DNA from: Haplodiscus bocki
Lineage: Eukaryota
DNA length: 64,000 bases
Assembly: GCA_965655095.1 (NCBI GenBank)
Contig: OZ296654.1
Coordinates: 77,748,001-77,812,000, forward strand
Direction of reading: 5' to 3'
Shown here: piece by piece, positions 13,401-28,400 of the stretch
How the letters are laid out: every line of letters starts with the position of its first letter
How positions within the stretch are numbered: the first letter of the stretch is position 1
The notes under the pieces: model-generated
Seen by the model: only the letters and a program-made list of their open reading frames with translations
Databases searched by the model: none
Told to the model about the DNA's origin: nothing
Program-made: the position numbers and the translations under genes

Positions 13401-16400
13401 TTTTTCTGGCATGCGTTATAAAAATTATCCGTTTTATGCAACAATCAAGAAAATTTTCCGAATTTTCCGTGTGCCCTTGAAAATTTTCCGATACACGCAC
13501 AGGTAGGTATCACGCAGACTTGGTAGCTTAAGCTGGTCCTGTAAATTTACTAAATAAAAATTTTACCGAGGAGTGAGAAAGAACGGTGAGGTCGGTTCGA
13601 ATAGAGAATATTGTCTTTCGAGGAAAAGTTATTGTAATACTCCGTCTCATCATTTGAGTAAAGCGCTGACTAAAAACAACTATTTTACCACGTGTGTATC
13701 GTGCCAGCTGGCGATTACACCATTATGTAACTGTGGAAAAATGATTTGAGAATTTTTTCTCCTTATATGAAAATTCAAAAATTAGTGGTCAAAGCAAAAA
13801 ATATCGGCAAAGCATCAATCTGAAACACAATAGAACACTGGAGGAAAAAAGCGTAGGAAAAGATTCAAAAGTTTTCAATTTTGCTCGCGAGATGTCAAAA
13901 TGCGCTTATTTCTTTTCGCGCCATATTTTGAAATACGCAAGAAAAAATATTAACTTTTATTATTTTTCAAAGAAGTTTCGCTGATAATTTTACAAGTAAA
14001 TTAAATGAATTAGACAGCGATTTGAACCTCCCACTCTTTCGACTTCGTAGACTTGAAGCTTAACCTCTCAACAACATAACCATAAACTGGTTAGAAAATT
14101 CTCAATGATTTATGTATTTTTCGATAAAACATTAGCCGAAAAAAATTTGCCAGTTTTAGCCAATTGTTTTGTTTATTTTTCGCCACACAATTTTAAAAAT
14201 GTAAGAAAAAATATTCATTCAGGACGGGTCGTTTTTCTCTTTTAGTCTATTTTTGCCAACTGTTTTTATTCAGAAACAAATCTCAGCAGAGGGGTTAGGA
14301 AAAGAATTTTCCATGCAGTAGGTCCTGGTTGGAATCTCCGTCGGGTCATATATTTTATGATTTTACTGACATTTGTCAGATTTTCCAAGTGCTCACATGG
14401 CAAAGGGGGTAAGAAAAGAGGGTTCTGAAGCGCTAGGTAGGGGTTCGAATCACAGCAATTACCTATAAATTTTGAACTTTATTATTACGACTTCGAATTT
14501 TTAGGATTGCTTCCTGTTAACTCCAATTAAAATTATCATTTTCCGTCGGTTTTTAATCGGTGCTTCATGAATTTAAAACCTGACTTTTGTGGGCACTTTC
14601 GTTTTGTTTTGATTATTTTAATCTGTCTTTTCAAGATCGCAACGAATTTTCTATTTTTTCCTTAAGTGTTATCCCCGGCATATTATTTTGAAGCATGCAA
14701 GTGCACTCTATGTTAAGCACAGTCAAGTACTCACATACAATAAAAGATCCCTTCTACGAAACATTCTGGTACTGTAAGACAAAAAATCTCGAGGACGAAT
14801 CGGTATAAACCTCTTATGCATAAAGTTTTTTTGATACCAAAAAATTTCAGAAACACACAAGGGTTCCTCCTACGGAATATTTCGGTACTATCAGACTAAA
14901 TTTTTTGATGAAAATTCGTGATACTCCAGTTTCGAATAGTCTGTTGCTACCGGAGACTTTGAGAAAAACCAAAAGGGCCCCCTGACGAAATTTTCCAGCA
15001 AACAAAGAGTTTTCAACATCTTTTAATAATACAGGCAACTATGGTTCACTAAAATTTTCGATCCAGATAAATAGGCAGCGCTAAAAAGACACTAGAAGCT
15101 TTGCAATTACACATTATCATCGATAACTACATTTTTTGGGAAACGTTTCCTCATCGCAAACTCTAGGGACCGGAAAAGCGAGAAAGAGCAAAAGTTTTCG
15201 ACTTTTTCTGAGAATCAAACCTTTTGTTCTCCAAAAATACATCTGCAAGTCGTCCGTTAGGGTATTAATCGACACTTTTCTACTCGCAAGAAATTACTTG
15301 ACCACCAAACAATGCATTTATTTCCGGGAACCGTAAAGCTGATCGGCTAAAGTAAATTAGCCAGAAATTGAACATTGGTCTGATCCGTCTTGATATTTGA
15401 ACTCGGTTTCCCTCAAAGCAAATGTCAGGAATTCTTCCTTTAAGGTCTCAAAATTTTTTTTGTACAAGATGATTCAGTATCCAAATCTTTTTGTTTCATC
15501 CTTTCTTCGAAAATTTGATAGGCCCAATTTGCCAAATGTTATGTATTTGTATGATGCTTCATTGTAATAGAACCAATTTTTTCCATAGCTACCGGCTGCA
15601 TTTCTTCATCAAAAGAAGTTTATATTTTGAATAATTTTGAAAAGCGAAAGTGTAATTGCTCTCAGCGGACACTTGGTTGGCTGAGCATTCCAAAAGTTGC
15701 ACATGCACGTGGTTCTTCTTGAGATTCCAACTCATCTCTCCAAAACCATTGACTGGACTTCTTCCATAAAGGTCCCAGTGGACAATTTTATTTCTGTAAA
15801 GCGTTACTGGATAAACATATTCCCAAAGACGTTCCCTGCTTCCGTAATCTGTTAGGCTGGAATTTGCCAAAGCACGATTTGCAGAGGCTTTTCTCTAGAG
15901 TCGAACTCTCCTCTCTAAAAGTACTGGCTGGATTCCCGCAATCAAGATCTCACAAGATAGTTTCCAATTTTCAAAAGTTAATTCAGAGAAAATATCTCAG
16001 TTCTAATACTTTGCTTCGGAGGCCGGGGAAAACGATAACGCCAAGAATTATAGAAATCAATGGTGAAATTGATGTTTGTGAAAAACCTTCGATATCTAGA
16101 TTTTAAAGCAGAATTCTCGTTTCTAAATGTTTGCAAACGTTGATCAAAGCGAAAAATATGACGGTCCTAGCCGGCCGCCCTGTTTCACTTTCATTGCAAA
16201 ATTAAATAAAGGCGCCGAGATGCTTTTGTCAGCTGATACGGAAAACAGTAAGATTGTGAAGTGGCTTTTTATCGTAGGATGAGATTCTCATACCGAACCC
16301 ATCTAATATAGACATGGTTGATTTTTTTGCCATAGTTTGGTACCACTGATCCTCCGAGACAGCATGAGCGGTATCAGAAGCTTTTTCGAAACATCCACAT

Positions 16401-19400
16401 TTTTTCATTCTTTTCATTTGCAGTTCAAACAAGTCAAAAAGATACATGATTCGCAACAGAACGTACTGAAAATATTAATCACCTTCTGCAAATTCGAAAA
16501 TAATTTGTGAAGAAAAAACTAGACGCCCGACTACCATCTGAATCATTAGCATCTTGCAAATTTTTTGAGAATAGCGTTTCAGCGAGAATTGCCCTTTCCA
16601 ATGGGTTGTACAGCAACACCAATACATTAAGACCAATTTAAAACTTCCGAGATTGTTTTGAAAGAATACTAAAATTCGGTTTCAAATAGGCATTTTCAAG
16701 TATTATTATTCTTTTATGTTCTTCTTTACAGGGCACAGTTGCTACTTTCACTCATTTCAAAAAAAATCATTTAATTGATTTTTTTCAAACTAGAGGCAGA
16801 AAAGCTTTTGCATACGATCGATGGAACTTTTTACTAGACAATTTATGGCTAGAAAAAAATTTTCAAATAATGTTTGATTTCGCCAGACTATGGAAATAAA
16901 CATCTTTTTCAAAACTGTTGAACTAACAAAACGATTTCAGTTGAACAATACCAAGAAAAAGAATGGAATCACCCGATTATCGACACCGGACAAAATCTAC
17001 CTATAAAAGGTGTTCTTTTATTAGCTCTGGATGAAAGAAATTAAATGGGTAGTTGAAGAGAAACATTTTGAAATATCCTTACAAAGCGATGTTTAGAGCA
17101 ACATTTTCTCAAAAAAGCTCCGCTGACCCAGACAATTCAACTAGTACGAACAGAATCGGTCCCATATTTGATAGGACTCGATTTTAACGCTGTAAAAAAT
17201 GATATTTGGCGGCTTCAGCTAGCATTGAAATGAATCTCCAAATGAAAGTATACCTAGAGTTGGCACACCTGGGATTGCGCCGAAGAGAAAATTATCAACA
17301 TTCTAGACCTGAATGAGCGGCAAAAATTGATTCGTCGTTTATTATTCTGTGTTTAAAAATTGCGAGATGAATATGGTGCGAAAGCAGCACATTTCCGAAG
17401 AATCAATAAAACTTACCGTGTACAAGTTTTTTCTTGAGAGTCATTTGAAAAGCAGCTAAAATAAACATTCTCAGCTAAAGGAGGGAAGAATTCCAGCTGT
17501 GAAAATTCCTGGTTTGCACAGGGTTGCTACGATGGGTCAAACAACAATGACTCGATGAGCTTGATATCAGCAAGAAATGGATTGACCGTTGAAATGGCAT
17601 TTCGAACAAGGGGCAACATTGTTAGAAAACGACATCGGTTGTAGGACAGCAAGCGTTATCGATCAGCAGTTTTGTCTGGTAGTTTGTGATTTTGGTTTGA
17701 AGAAATGCATTAGCGACTTGATGCTACAGACATGCTGCTTGACCGACGGAATTCGTGTTGGAAAGGAATGGCAACTCTGGCATGGACGCAGTGGCTGAAG
17801 ATTGGAAAAGCAGCACTTCAAGCAGAGACTCACAATTTATCAATTCTGGGATGCAGTGGAATGCAGATAATGATACATTCGAAAATTGCGTTGGTACTGA
17901 TAAAAAAAGCCGAAGAAAAGCACCCAGTGCTTTTCTTTGTGACATCAGGGTTGGGCCCATTTGAACCATTCACTATGAGAATGCGCATCCTCCTGAAAAC
18001 AATTTGGTCCAGGACAACAGTGGAATAAAAAATTGCTAGTGAAAATGAAGAGCAGTTCCTGAATTGGTTCCAGTAGTTGGCTCAACTACGGTGCATGCCA
18101 TTCAAAAGAGGCTATATCGACCGAAAGTACGAGAAAAGACGTGAAAAAATTTTTAGATGCCTCTGGAATCAATTTTTATAGTGGCTCACCTGCAAGGCAA
18201 GATGATGCTGGAAAGTATTCGTCACTGAGAAGTGCAGATTTGTTCAACTAAAAAAGAAAACGTCACCCAAACTGGAACTGCAGGCAGCACTATACTGTGA
18301 CATTGAGGCAGTTGACTGCCGAAGACCATGATATCCAGATCCAGACATTGGCACACTGCACAGATTCAATTACTATGCTCCAACAGTTACAATCTTCGCA
18401 CATGGACCACGCTGTGTTTGCCAAACGATGAATGCCAGATCATTGACACCAGTGAGTGTGGATCCGGAAGATTTAGAAGCACTTACACCGAATCATTTTC
18501 TGTTGGAACGACCACTGGCGGCGGAGCCACTGATGCCAGATTCGGTGAGATACGTTGACTGTCGGAAAATGTAAAAAGTGGCTCAAGCTCACAATCAGAT
18601 GATAGGGAACAGATGGGCTGAAAAAACTACCCAAGTGGAATGTGCGACCGAAAAAGGCTACTGAAGACGTTGAGAGTTGGAGTTTGACACACAGAGTAAG
18701 TTCGACGACATTAGAACAAAATGGCGCGACTGACCGAAGTAATCCCTGTAGCTGCTGGTGTCATCTGACCAGCATCAATCAAGACGAACGATGGGATCCT
18801 TCGAAGACCCACAGTGAAGCTGGCTCCAGTGTTATATGAGTGTTTTCGAGATGAAAACAGGGCCGTCGATGTTGTCGACCTTCACTTGCGTTACATTCAA
18901 AGATAACAGTATCGCACAATTTTTGTTCTCTGCTTTAGTAGTCGAAAGCAGAGAGGACCAGTGACCTACGAAAGCTTACATGAGTTCATGGGATTTGAGT
19001 CAGCCGTTACAACTACCAAAAAGTTCAGATCAATGATTGAGTTCTATATGTCCTTTTTCAAGCAAAGAAACAGTAAATCTTTCGTGAATCCACGTCAATA
19101 TTCAGCCTTATTAAAACCGGAGACCTGAGGCATGTATCCGAGGCTCAGTAGCTTCCAAATTATTACACCTTAAAAGCGCGATTAACCTGCTCCTTTGCTG
19201 CTATCATTTTGTTTTCGTAAATTGTCCCAAAGCTTTCTGTGATACACGAGGTGGAAGTAGCATCAACACGCGAGAAAACGATGACAAAATGAGCCAACAA
19301 GAACTCCGCGGTAACTTATATAAAATTCGCTAGTTCAGGTAAATCAAGAAAAATAGTAAACACTGACTTCTACCCAATTCACTAAATTCAAAACTAACAG

Positions 19401-22400
19401 GAAGAAGATGGATCCAGAACATACGTAGTACCCATTCCCAAAACATAATAATTGTTCGTAAGAAACAAGGACGAAATTTTGCAATAACTTTGCCAACACC
19501 AAAAAATTTACAACAATGTTGAAACCGACAATTTTTGTGACAACCTTTTGCTTATACAACAAATTTTTCAAAGCTTACCAACAGAAAAGGTACCGCTGTA
19601 AAAATTGATTATTGGTATGCACAATACAAAGTTTTTTTTCTAGAAAAAGCGGATGAAATTCCGATACCCACTTTCGTAATTCAACGCTAAATGTAGGTCC
19701 GCGATGCATAAATGCACTGGAACAGATTGAAGGCTTACTTTACAATTATAATTCGATTTCAAACGTCTCGATAAAAGATTATGAGATAAACCTATAGAGT
19801 CGAATACACTCGGCTTAAATAATCAAAATATAGCCGCCCAAGGCGGTTAGGACTTCGGAAAATTTTTGAGATATGTATTTCAGAAACTACTGCGTCATGG
19901 TGACTACGGTGAGTGCCGTTCATCATCAGAAAAATTTCGGATGTCCAGAAAAAATCATCACCTGCGATTGGCCAGTCCTCCACCTGGATACTACGTCGGA
20001 TTATTATCAAGTTTTCCATACTTCAAATTTGCCACCCAGTCTCACAACGAAGTACTTCCTTCCAAAGCTCTGTACCAAGTTGGAATACTTCCAATGTTTG
20101 AAAAGTTAGTCAACAAGTTGACGCAGTTCGCAAATGGCGACATCTTGACCCGGTGACCGAACCGGATTAGAATTGAAAATATTCCCCAATTCAACTTTGC
20201 CAGCCACTATCACTACCAATCACTTTCTGTCTAACCGAAGCACAGAGGTTGAAATGATTTTAATGTTCATTCAGGTTTTAGTCGGCGCTTTTCCTTTAAC
20301 AAAAAAGCCCATTCCTGTAGTTACCTAGCTTTTCTGTTTTAAGATCACAACGAATTGCCAACTTTTTAAAAAGTTTTTTTTCTCAAGCATATCATTTTAA
20401 AGCATGCAATTACAGTCTATAACAATTACGGGCAAGTACTTACAAACACTAGAAGGAGTTTTCTATGAATTTTTTCGGCACTGCGAGACAAAAAAAGTTC
20501 GTGCGTGCAAAAATAGTGATACCCCTCTTATGTATAAAATTTTTTGACACTCGGTACTGTGAGGGTTTTCTTAACACCCCCTCCATGGTTTACTCTAATT
20601 GCGCGCGACATTGCAGGATGTCGTACGGAAAAGCGTCAAAAAAACACGAGTAACACTACAAGTACTAGGAAAAACTAAATTTTGCAAAATGAAATGACGT
20701 GATAGTGAGCTAAGAACCTTTCGGCAAACTCTACGGCATCCTTGGAAGGTGGCTGTATAGTAAGTATGATCGAGGGCGTCTTTCCACTTTTGCCGTTAGG
20801 CAGTTTCACAATCCAATCACATTCCATTTTGGAAACAATGGACACTTTTTCACCTCTGTTGACCGTCATCTGGTAAGTGAGAGGTGAGCTACACAACGCC
20901 ATGGCTTGCACGTCTTGATCAACTGATGAAACTGCTCTGAGTTCCATCGGATAAACTTGTTTGCCTTTCTTGATTATGTTGCCAAGGATCTCTTTGTGTT
21001 CCACGAGTAATTCTCGCATATCCTATGGAAACATTACCATATAGATTAACTATGATTATCATGAAAAAATCAGAGATTATGTTGATCTTGATTATGAAAA
21101 ATCTTGATTATGTTGCCCAGGATCTCTTTGTGTTCCACGAGTAATTCTCGCATATCCTATGGAAACATTACCATATAGATTAACTATGATTATCATGAAA
21201 AAATCAGAGAATTAAAAAGGTAAAAACTTACGGAAAAGAAATTCAAACACGGCAATTGATTCAGACCATGCCGACAGCTCGATATCAAAATTTAACGGAT
21301 CACCAAAATATAGGAAGGTTTGATTTAAGCAGTGATGTACAATTAAAGGATCATTTTTAACGACAGGTTAGGACCCTTTCTATTTTTATTAGTTTCTATC
21401 GAAATAATTTATACTATGTTCATTTAAATTATTGTTTGGTTTAAAAAGCCCAAAAATTGTAAATTATTTCGAATTTAGGTCTATTATATATGAAATCAAC
21501 GCCAGACAAGACTTTTACATTGTGAACACCGCGATTACAAGCTATTTATTTGGAGATGTTAAAACTGGCTCATATACTCTGGTGAACCGCATTATGGGGG
21601 GGGGGATACAAATAGTAGGGGGTCCAATAAACGTCTCGGGCAATAATAGGTGGGGTCTAAATGAAAAGGGTGTTCTAAAAATGAGCTTATGGCACTGCGT
21701 AATAACACCTTCGAACTTCGACTACACGCTATAATAGCGCTTTATTGCTAAGCAGCTTTTGCATAAAGAATTTTGCATTTACAGTACTGGAAGACTGACT
21801 ATTCGACAATAATTGAGTCCATTTCTTTACAATCGCACGCTTTTGAGGATTCCGAACTCTTATCAGGGGGTTCTGATTAGAAGGGGGATTTGCAGATTTC
21901 AACGCTTAGATACTACCCGGTAACTTCTTTTATATTGGTTTGTTAGATTAGTATTGATCATCTCATAAGATCAAATTGCAAAATTCGACCAATTATGTGC
22001 CTTTAGACATTAAAAACTAAGACTGATAAAACTTGGGATTTAGCGAATTGAGCAAAAATTCCAATCACGTCGAAAAATTGCACAATATTCAAAGAAGCGA
22101 AAATTTCGCTTTCGATGGTCTAATTGTCTATTCTTGCCGCCTTGAAGTTTGCAATTTTTCGACGCTTTGTGAATCCAGAATAAAAGTAAATAATAAGTAA
22201 TTATCACGTTGACTTAAGCGCTCAGCCTCGCGCAGTAGGCCAATCACGTCGGCTTTGCGAAAAAAGTAAAATCTATAGGCTTTAAGACAAGCTTAATGCA
22301 TAATAAAAATGTATATCACAGTGTAATTTTGATACGAGCCAAAACGAAACTGGCCATCATTTACAATTCTTACCCACCAAAATATTGAAAAAGTTTGCCC

Positions 22401-25400
22401 CAAATTTTGCATTTTCATATTAGTTGTTCAGCAAAATTGATCTGACTAAAGCTCAATCTTCGAGAGGGCCTGTTTGAAAGTAACCATAAGATAGATATTC
22501 CGTTTGCTCAAATTGAATGATCAGATATTCGATCTCCACAATTCAATCTTACCAAGTACGTTACCCGCAGAACTGGTTAAAACTAGAAAAATTATTATTT
22601 TTTTCTGTACAAACTCGGTATAAAAAGACAGTGTTTGATGAAATTCAGTCACTTTGGCACAGCTTACATGAAGCTCATTAAAATAGTATAACTCACAATT
22701 TACAATTTCAACAAGACAATACTTGAGAGACCCAAAACTTACGATTACCATCAAAGGGAAAATTCATGCTGAAAAACAGAAAGACACGACAAGCATTTGC
22801 TTTTAAAGATATCTTCCAAAGATTATTTCTAAAAACGGAACATATGAAGCCTTAAGAAAAGCTTCGGATTATTTTATGGAAAATGTTGTTCATGATTTAT
22901 AATTCATAGTAATTTTTTCTGGAACTTATAAGCAAAGTTTGTTCCTCTAAACCAGTTAGCTTCAGTTTCGTGGTATTAGCCATTACTATACCATGCAGCC
23001 ATGACTTAGTGTTTACAAATACCACATATTTTCTCCGCGGGTAAATCTAACACCCGCTTCTATTCACTTCCAAAATGCTTATGTTCACTGTGCATGCTAC
23101 GTACACATTATTCATGAAAATATGTCATTGACCAAAATAATATCTTACATATAGGTCAACAAGCAGAGACTCAGCTTGTTCATGTGTGATGACGTCATTG
23201 AATCCTCCACCGGAAGTGGCGATTGTGGCAGTGGCGTCAAATCTGCTCTGAAGGATCTGTTCTTGCTTCCAAAGCCAGTTTTCACTGGACTTGGCGTCTC
23301 TGTACCACTCCTTGTGTTGGATGACACAGCCCAAATGATGTTCGAAGCACGTGACTAGCCTAAATATCCAGTCACGCCGACTGGAAAGGCTGTCGAGGTT
23401 CTGTCTGATTAGTTGTGTTGCAGGGTGCTGGCAAGTGATGAGAGATTCGCCGTCATAAACAGTCGTGCGGAAAGACCCGTTGTCGTCTCGAAGGGCAAGG
23501 TCTTCGATGAGATTCTGAAAACATCAAAATTGTTATTTCCCGCCCCCGTTATTTGTCAAAAAAATATTTTATCTTGAAGGAAAGACATTCGTTCAAGATT
23601 CAGGTTTTCTTTTACATAGAATCTGTCAACTTGCACGATGACTCCGTCAGCGCGTGCACTGAATAATCGATTCTGATTGGTCGAGGCAAAAGCGCGGGAA
23701 AACTGTTACAATGAATAGCAATACTTCATCAAATACTCGATTCTGATTGGACGAGACAAAAAAGTGTGGGATAAATAATTTTAGCCAATATACATAGAGT
23801 ATTCTAATCTTAATATTGACGATTGATGAGGGCCAGATGGCTTTGAGGTTAATACAAAAGTTTTCATACGGCCCGGTGGGAGTCCAAAGCTTATAGTTCG
23901 AGTCTCACCAGGAACGAAAATTTTCGCCCATTTTAGACCGAGTGGAAAATATCCCGGAGGTAGCCGGGCGTCTTATGAATTTTAGTGAGTATAGTGAAAT
24001 CTGTCTATTACGGTCATCCACGGGAGTACAAAAATTGACCGTTCTGAAAAAATCACCGTTCTATACAGACTGTTAGACATTACTCATTGCTTACTACGTC
24101 TGAGTAATTAGTGACCAATGGATTAATGTGACCATTCTCCGAAGGTGACAGCCAAAGCAGGTTCGACTGCAATTTGTGATCCATGTGTCTAAACTGGGAG
24201 AGCTTCTTACTCACAATTTTAGGGGGGCAATTTGAATTTTGAACGTTCTGTTCTGTAAATCTTTGATACGGGAAACAAAGATCGTTTTTAAGCCAACTTT
24301 ATTGTGATACGTTCAAACAAGCCTATGAAGAATAAAGCAATAATGTATAAATGGTGAACAAACCGCAAAGTGTACAAATATTGTTTGTAAACAACTTTAC
24401 TGCGATAGCAAGAAAGTTTAGAAATTCTTTTTCTACGTATCATGTCGTAATATTCACGTGATTGTGCGGTAATTTATTCATTAAAAATAATTAATCTCCC
24501 ATCCCAATTTACGAAGCCATTATATTTCCCAAAATAAAAACAGACAAAACTAAATTTTCTTCAAAATCTGCTTTTCCTAAGAGCTGGTCCAAAAAGTATG
24601 TTTTTAGCTCTAAATTGAATGCATTAAGATTCAGACCACTTCACAACAAGGATCGGTATAAACGAGTATTGGTAAATTTTAAAAGGCAGAAACTTTCCAA
24701 ACTCCAAGAGAAAGCCAACTGCCTTCTGTATTAGCTTTACCGAAGAAGGCGTATAAATGAATTTAGTGAGGTCATACAAAATAAAACGCTTTGAAATGCT
24801 TATAAAATGATTGCAACTTTAACTTGCTTCACGAAATTGGATTATAGTTGAAAGCGCATATTGCAAAATTAAAAGAAATACAGTTCATGCTCAAAATTTA
24901 CAGAGCATGCTTTTCAAAGCCAGCTGTATTTATTTCTCAAAAAATCATTTCATTTGATCTCTGTTCAAAAACTGGAGGCGTTTTTCAATTCAAAGCTCAT
25001 ACAGAAAGAAATCCAAATTGCATCAACCGTTTGGCGTTCCAGCCAACTACTTCCAAACTCGCCTATTGTTATTTCTTAGCAGCTATCATAATACGACGTT
25101 GTTTCAATATTACTTTAACACGAAAACAATAAAGTTTGTTCAGGATAAAACGCTCACAGACGGCTGAAACTTAATCTCTATTGAAATGTTTATTAAATTG
25201 AGATGATCTATATAACAAGAAACGACGAGACTTCAATAAAATTTCTTCTCAAACTGACTTGAGATCGATTCAAAGAATTCGAAGCGTTGAAAATATTGAA
25301 ATATTCGAATTTGCCGTCCAGGTACTTCCTAATTCTATTTTCAAGAATCGGCCCCAGCCTATTTTCTTTCAAATAATTCTGTTTTTAATTCTCAAAGGTT

Positions 25401-28400
25401 TGAAAATTGCAAATCATGGTCTCAGAAAGACCAGTTCCAATCAATCAATTGTTTTTCGCATTTTTAAGAAAAATGACAGAAACGTCACATATTTACAATA
25501 GATATTTTGTGGAGTAATTTGAACGAACCTTTACAAAAGTGTTTGCTTCATTCACATCCATGCCCACGGGTTCTGATAGGTCGTATTTGGAGGTCAGGTC
25601 TCGTTCGATATCGTTGAAGTGACTCAATTCTTGGGACGCCACTTCAAGAAAGTTCAGCAACGATTTCAATTGCACGTCTCGCTCCGATACTTCATTCTAA
25701 AGTATTGCTCTTCACAAAATTTCGATCAGTGTTACAAATTAAACTGACGCCTACAGACAAAAATTGTACGGAAAATAGAAATCTCATATATTAAGTAAAC
25801 TTATTACTTATTACCCCACCGTTTTTTTCACCAGTTCCAGAATACGGAGAGCAAATTTTTCTAAATATACAAAAAATCTTAACAAATGCAAATGCAAGTT
25901 ACTCAATGTCTGCAAAAATTTTCAGGAATTGCATTTCATTTTAAAAACATAATACTTTCAGAGATAGTTTGCAACGGCTAATGTAGATAATATTGTTAAT
26001 GAATGAACCACTGTTTCAAGATTAGTCAGTGGTTGATTTTTTCTCAACCGGTTAACCTTTGAAAAATTAACCGGTTAACCGGAATGGTTCTTTAGAAGAA
26101 TAAAATACTCTAATTTGAAGATCATGTATTAAATTTGTTGAAATACAGAGATATCCCAATTTTTCAAATGAACAAAGAAAATATGCAAGGTCTTCCCAAA
26201 ACAGCTAATTAGTCTGTAAATTAGTGGCAGGAGTCTGCAAATATTGCCAAGGAAACCTTGAAAACAGCGAAAAGGTTAACATAACAGCATCAGAATAGCA
26301 TGTTTGATTTCATCGGTTACAAGTTTGGTTTAATTTTTTTGACGGGTTAATTTTGCAACCGTTGACGCCCCTATTCAAGATAGTTTCAAGAGATAGGAAC
26401 ATAAAAAATTACCGAGAGTGCCGAGAAAGACTTTTCAAGAGATTGCACTTTAGAGCTCAATTCAAACTTCTGTTCTGCAGAGACAATGAACGTCTTTGAT
26501 AAGAAAAGGCATTGCTCCACATTAATTCTGTACATCTTCACTTCCTTCGTGAACAATTCATGCTCCTTGAACTTCTCCCTCACATTGTCCAAATTAGTTC
26601 CAAAAGTAGCCCCGGCAAGCTTCACGTTTCGGTCCCTTATCCATTTCATTGCACTATCAATTTGCTCGAGAATCAATGAATGCTCTCTGTCTTTATCAAA
26701 CATTTCGACGTCTCCTGAGGGCGAAGTGACTTGTGCAAAAATATTGCGTTCCGGTATTAGTGAATTCAAATTTTCAAGTTCAGCACTGAGTTGGTCAACT
26801 CTGCCGAACAACACAGTCACTCGGTTTCTCAGCTGCTCGGCGTGAACGAATTTTGATTGGATGAGACTTTCACAGTCGCCCAACAACTGCTTCACTGAAT
26901 TGGAACAGGCCCAAATTTTATGATCCAGTTCCTCTAAGGTTCGTCTTTGGTTTTCGTTCGCAAAATTCGTGTTTGGTACTCTTTGTGAAGAGTTGGAAGA
27001 TTGAATTCTGTGTTTTTCGAGGTTAATTTTGTCGGATAAGGTTGAAAGTTCGTTATCAAGGGATTTGACATCTTGTTGGATTTTGGAAGCCCTGGTGATA
27101 TCTGCCTCGACCCTGTTAATGTGCGATCTTAGGCTGGCAGAGCGTCGATCGACGAGCATTTGAAGTTGGATCCAGCGGTTATTCAAACTGACTTTGCTGA
27201 GTTCTTTGGGAATGGGATTGTCACGAATTTCATCTTCTTGGGCTACTTCTTCCTCAAGCACCATTGCCTAAACACAACTCTGCAGTTACATTGGTTATCC
27301 AGTGAACAGTTTCACTTTACAAGACTGTAACATAATCAATTCATTTGCACTGTCATTATGAGACGCAGCGACCACGTAAAACGAGAAATTTCAAATACCA
27401 CCTGAACGCGAGGATGTTCGAAGGTAATCCCCACAAATGAGGTATTTTAATTCTTTGTTAAAAATATTCCCATCTGGTATATCACGAGATGAGATCACGC
27501 TTGATTGTCAGGTAGATTAATATTTCGAGCATTGCAACACTTCATGAACGATAATGAAAGTATACTTTTTTAGAGTATGAAGCTTCCTAAAAACAAATTT
27601 GAACGTTTTGAAATCGAAAATCCAACAATTCATAACTTAGTACAGTACTTTCATTTACCTAATATCACCAAAATATTACAAGTATTTGGAATCTACGATG
27701 TTCAGATTTCAACTGAAACCATCATACAAGCAAATGCCCAAAATTCAAAGAAGCACTTCAAAAATAACACAGTATTCCCCAAAGCGTTCAGATTTTTGGC
27801 AGTGAATGTCCATCATTTTCGTTTGCATTTCAACCTTGCTCACTGAAAATGAAGCCGAGGATCACGCCCTTCCAATTTGATCAAACATCCAAACTAGAAC
27901 TTAAAAGCAAAACTAATCGACCTGCTCACACAACATTATTGTACAAGCAAAAACAAATTGTTTATTGTGAGCTGATTAAGTTTTCTGAAGCAATGCCGAA
28001 GGTAAAGATAAATTTGGATAGACAGAAAAACCATTTGACAAAAAATGTTGCTTTGTTGATTTTGCAAATTCGGATCTCATGATAGATTCGCAGTAGTCAC
28101 ACCCTCTGATGAAATCATCCTTGACAACAAAAGATAAACCAGCACATTCCTTCATTTGTATTTTTGACGATTTTTGTAAAGATATGATAATTTTGAGCAG
28201 TGCAGAAAAAAATCAAAAATTAATGAAATATGTTTCAAAAAAAACTAAATTTTGGATTGCCGTAACAACAAGTCGAAATACTGAACAATGAAGCAAAGCT
28301 GCGCCATACTAAACAACGAAGCGAAGCTGTACCTAGCAGACACTTACGAAATCTTTAACAAACAGCACAGGTCAAATCAAAAATATTTTCTGAAAATTTT

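Noticed and set aside
15150-16480. Coding-like fragments (ORFs 15589..15870 and 16229..16456) as plakin exons or a nested gene
   Set aside because: Exons 10 and 11 already join in phase without them; no recognisable motif and multiple stops.
21570-21900. G-run cluster as a functional G-quadruplex or promoter
   Set aside because: The pattern (repeated AATAG..GGGGG) looks like a decayed MITE subterminal repeat; no supporting evidence of function.
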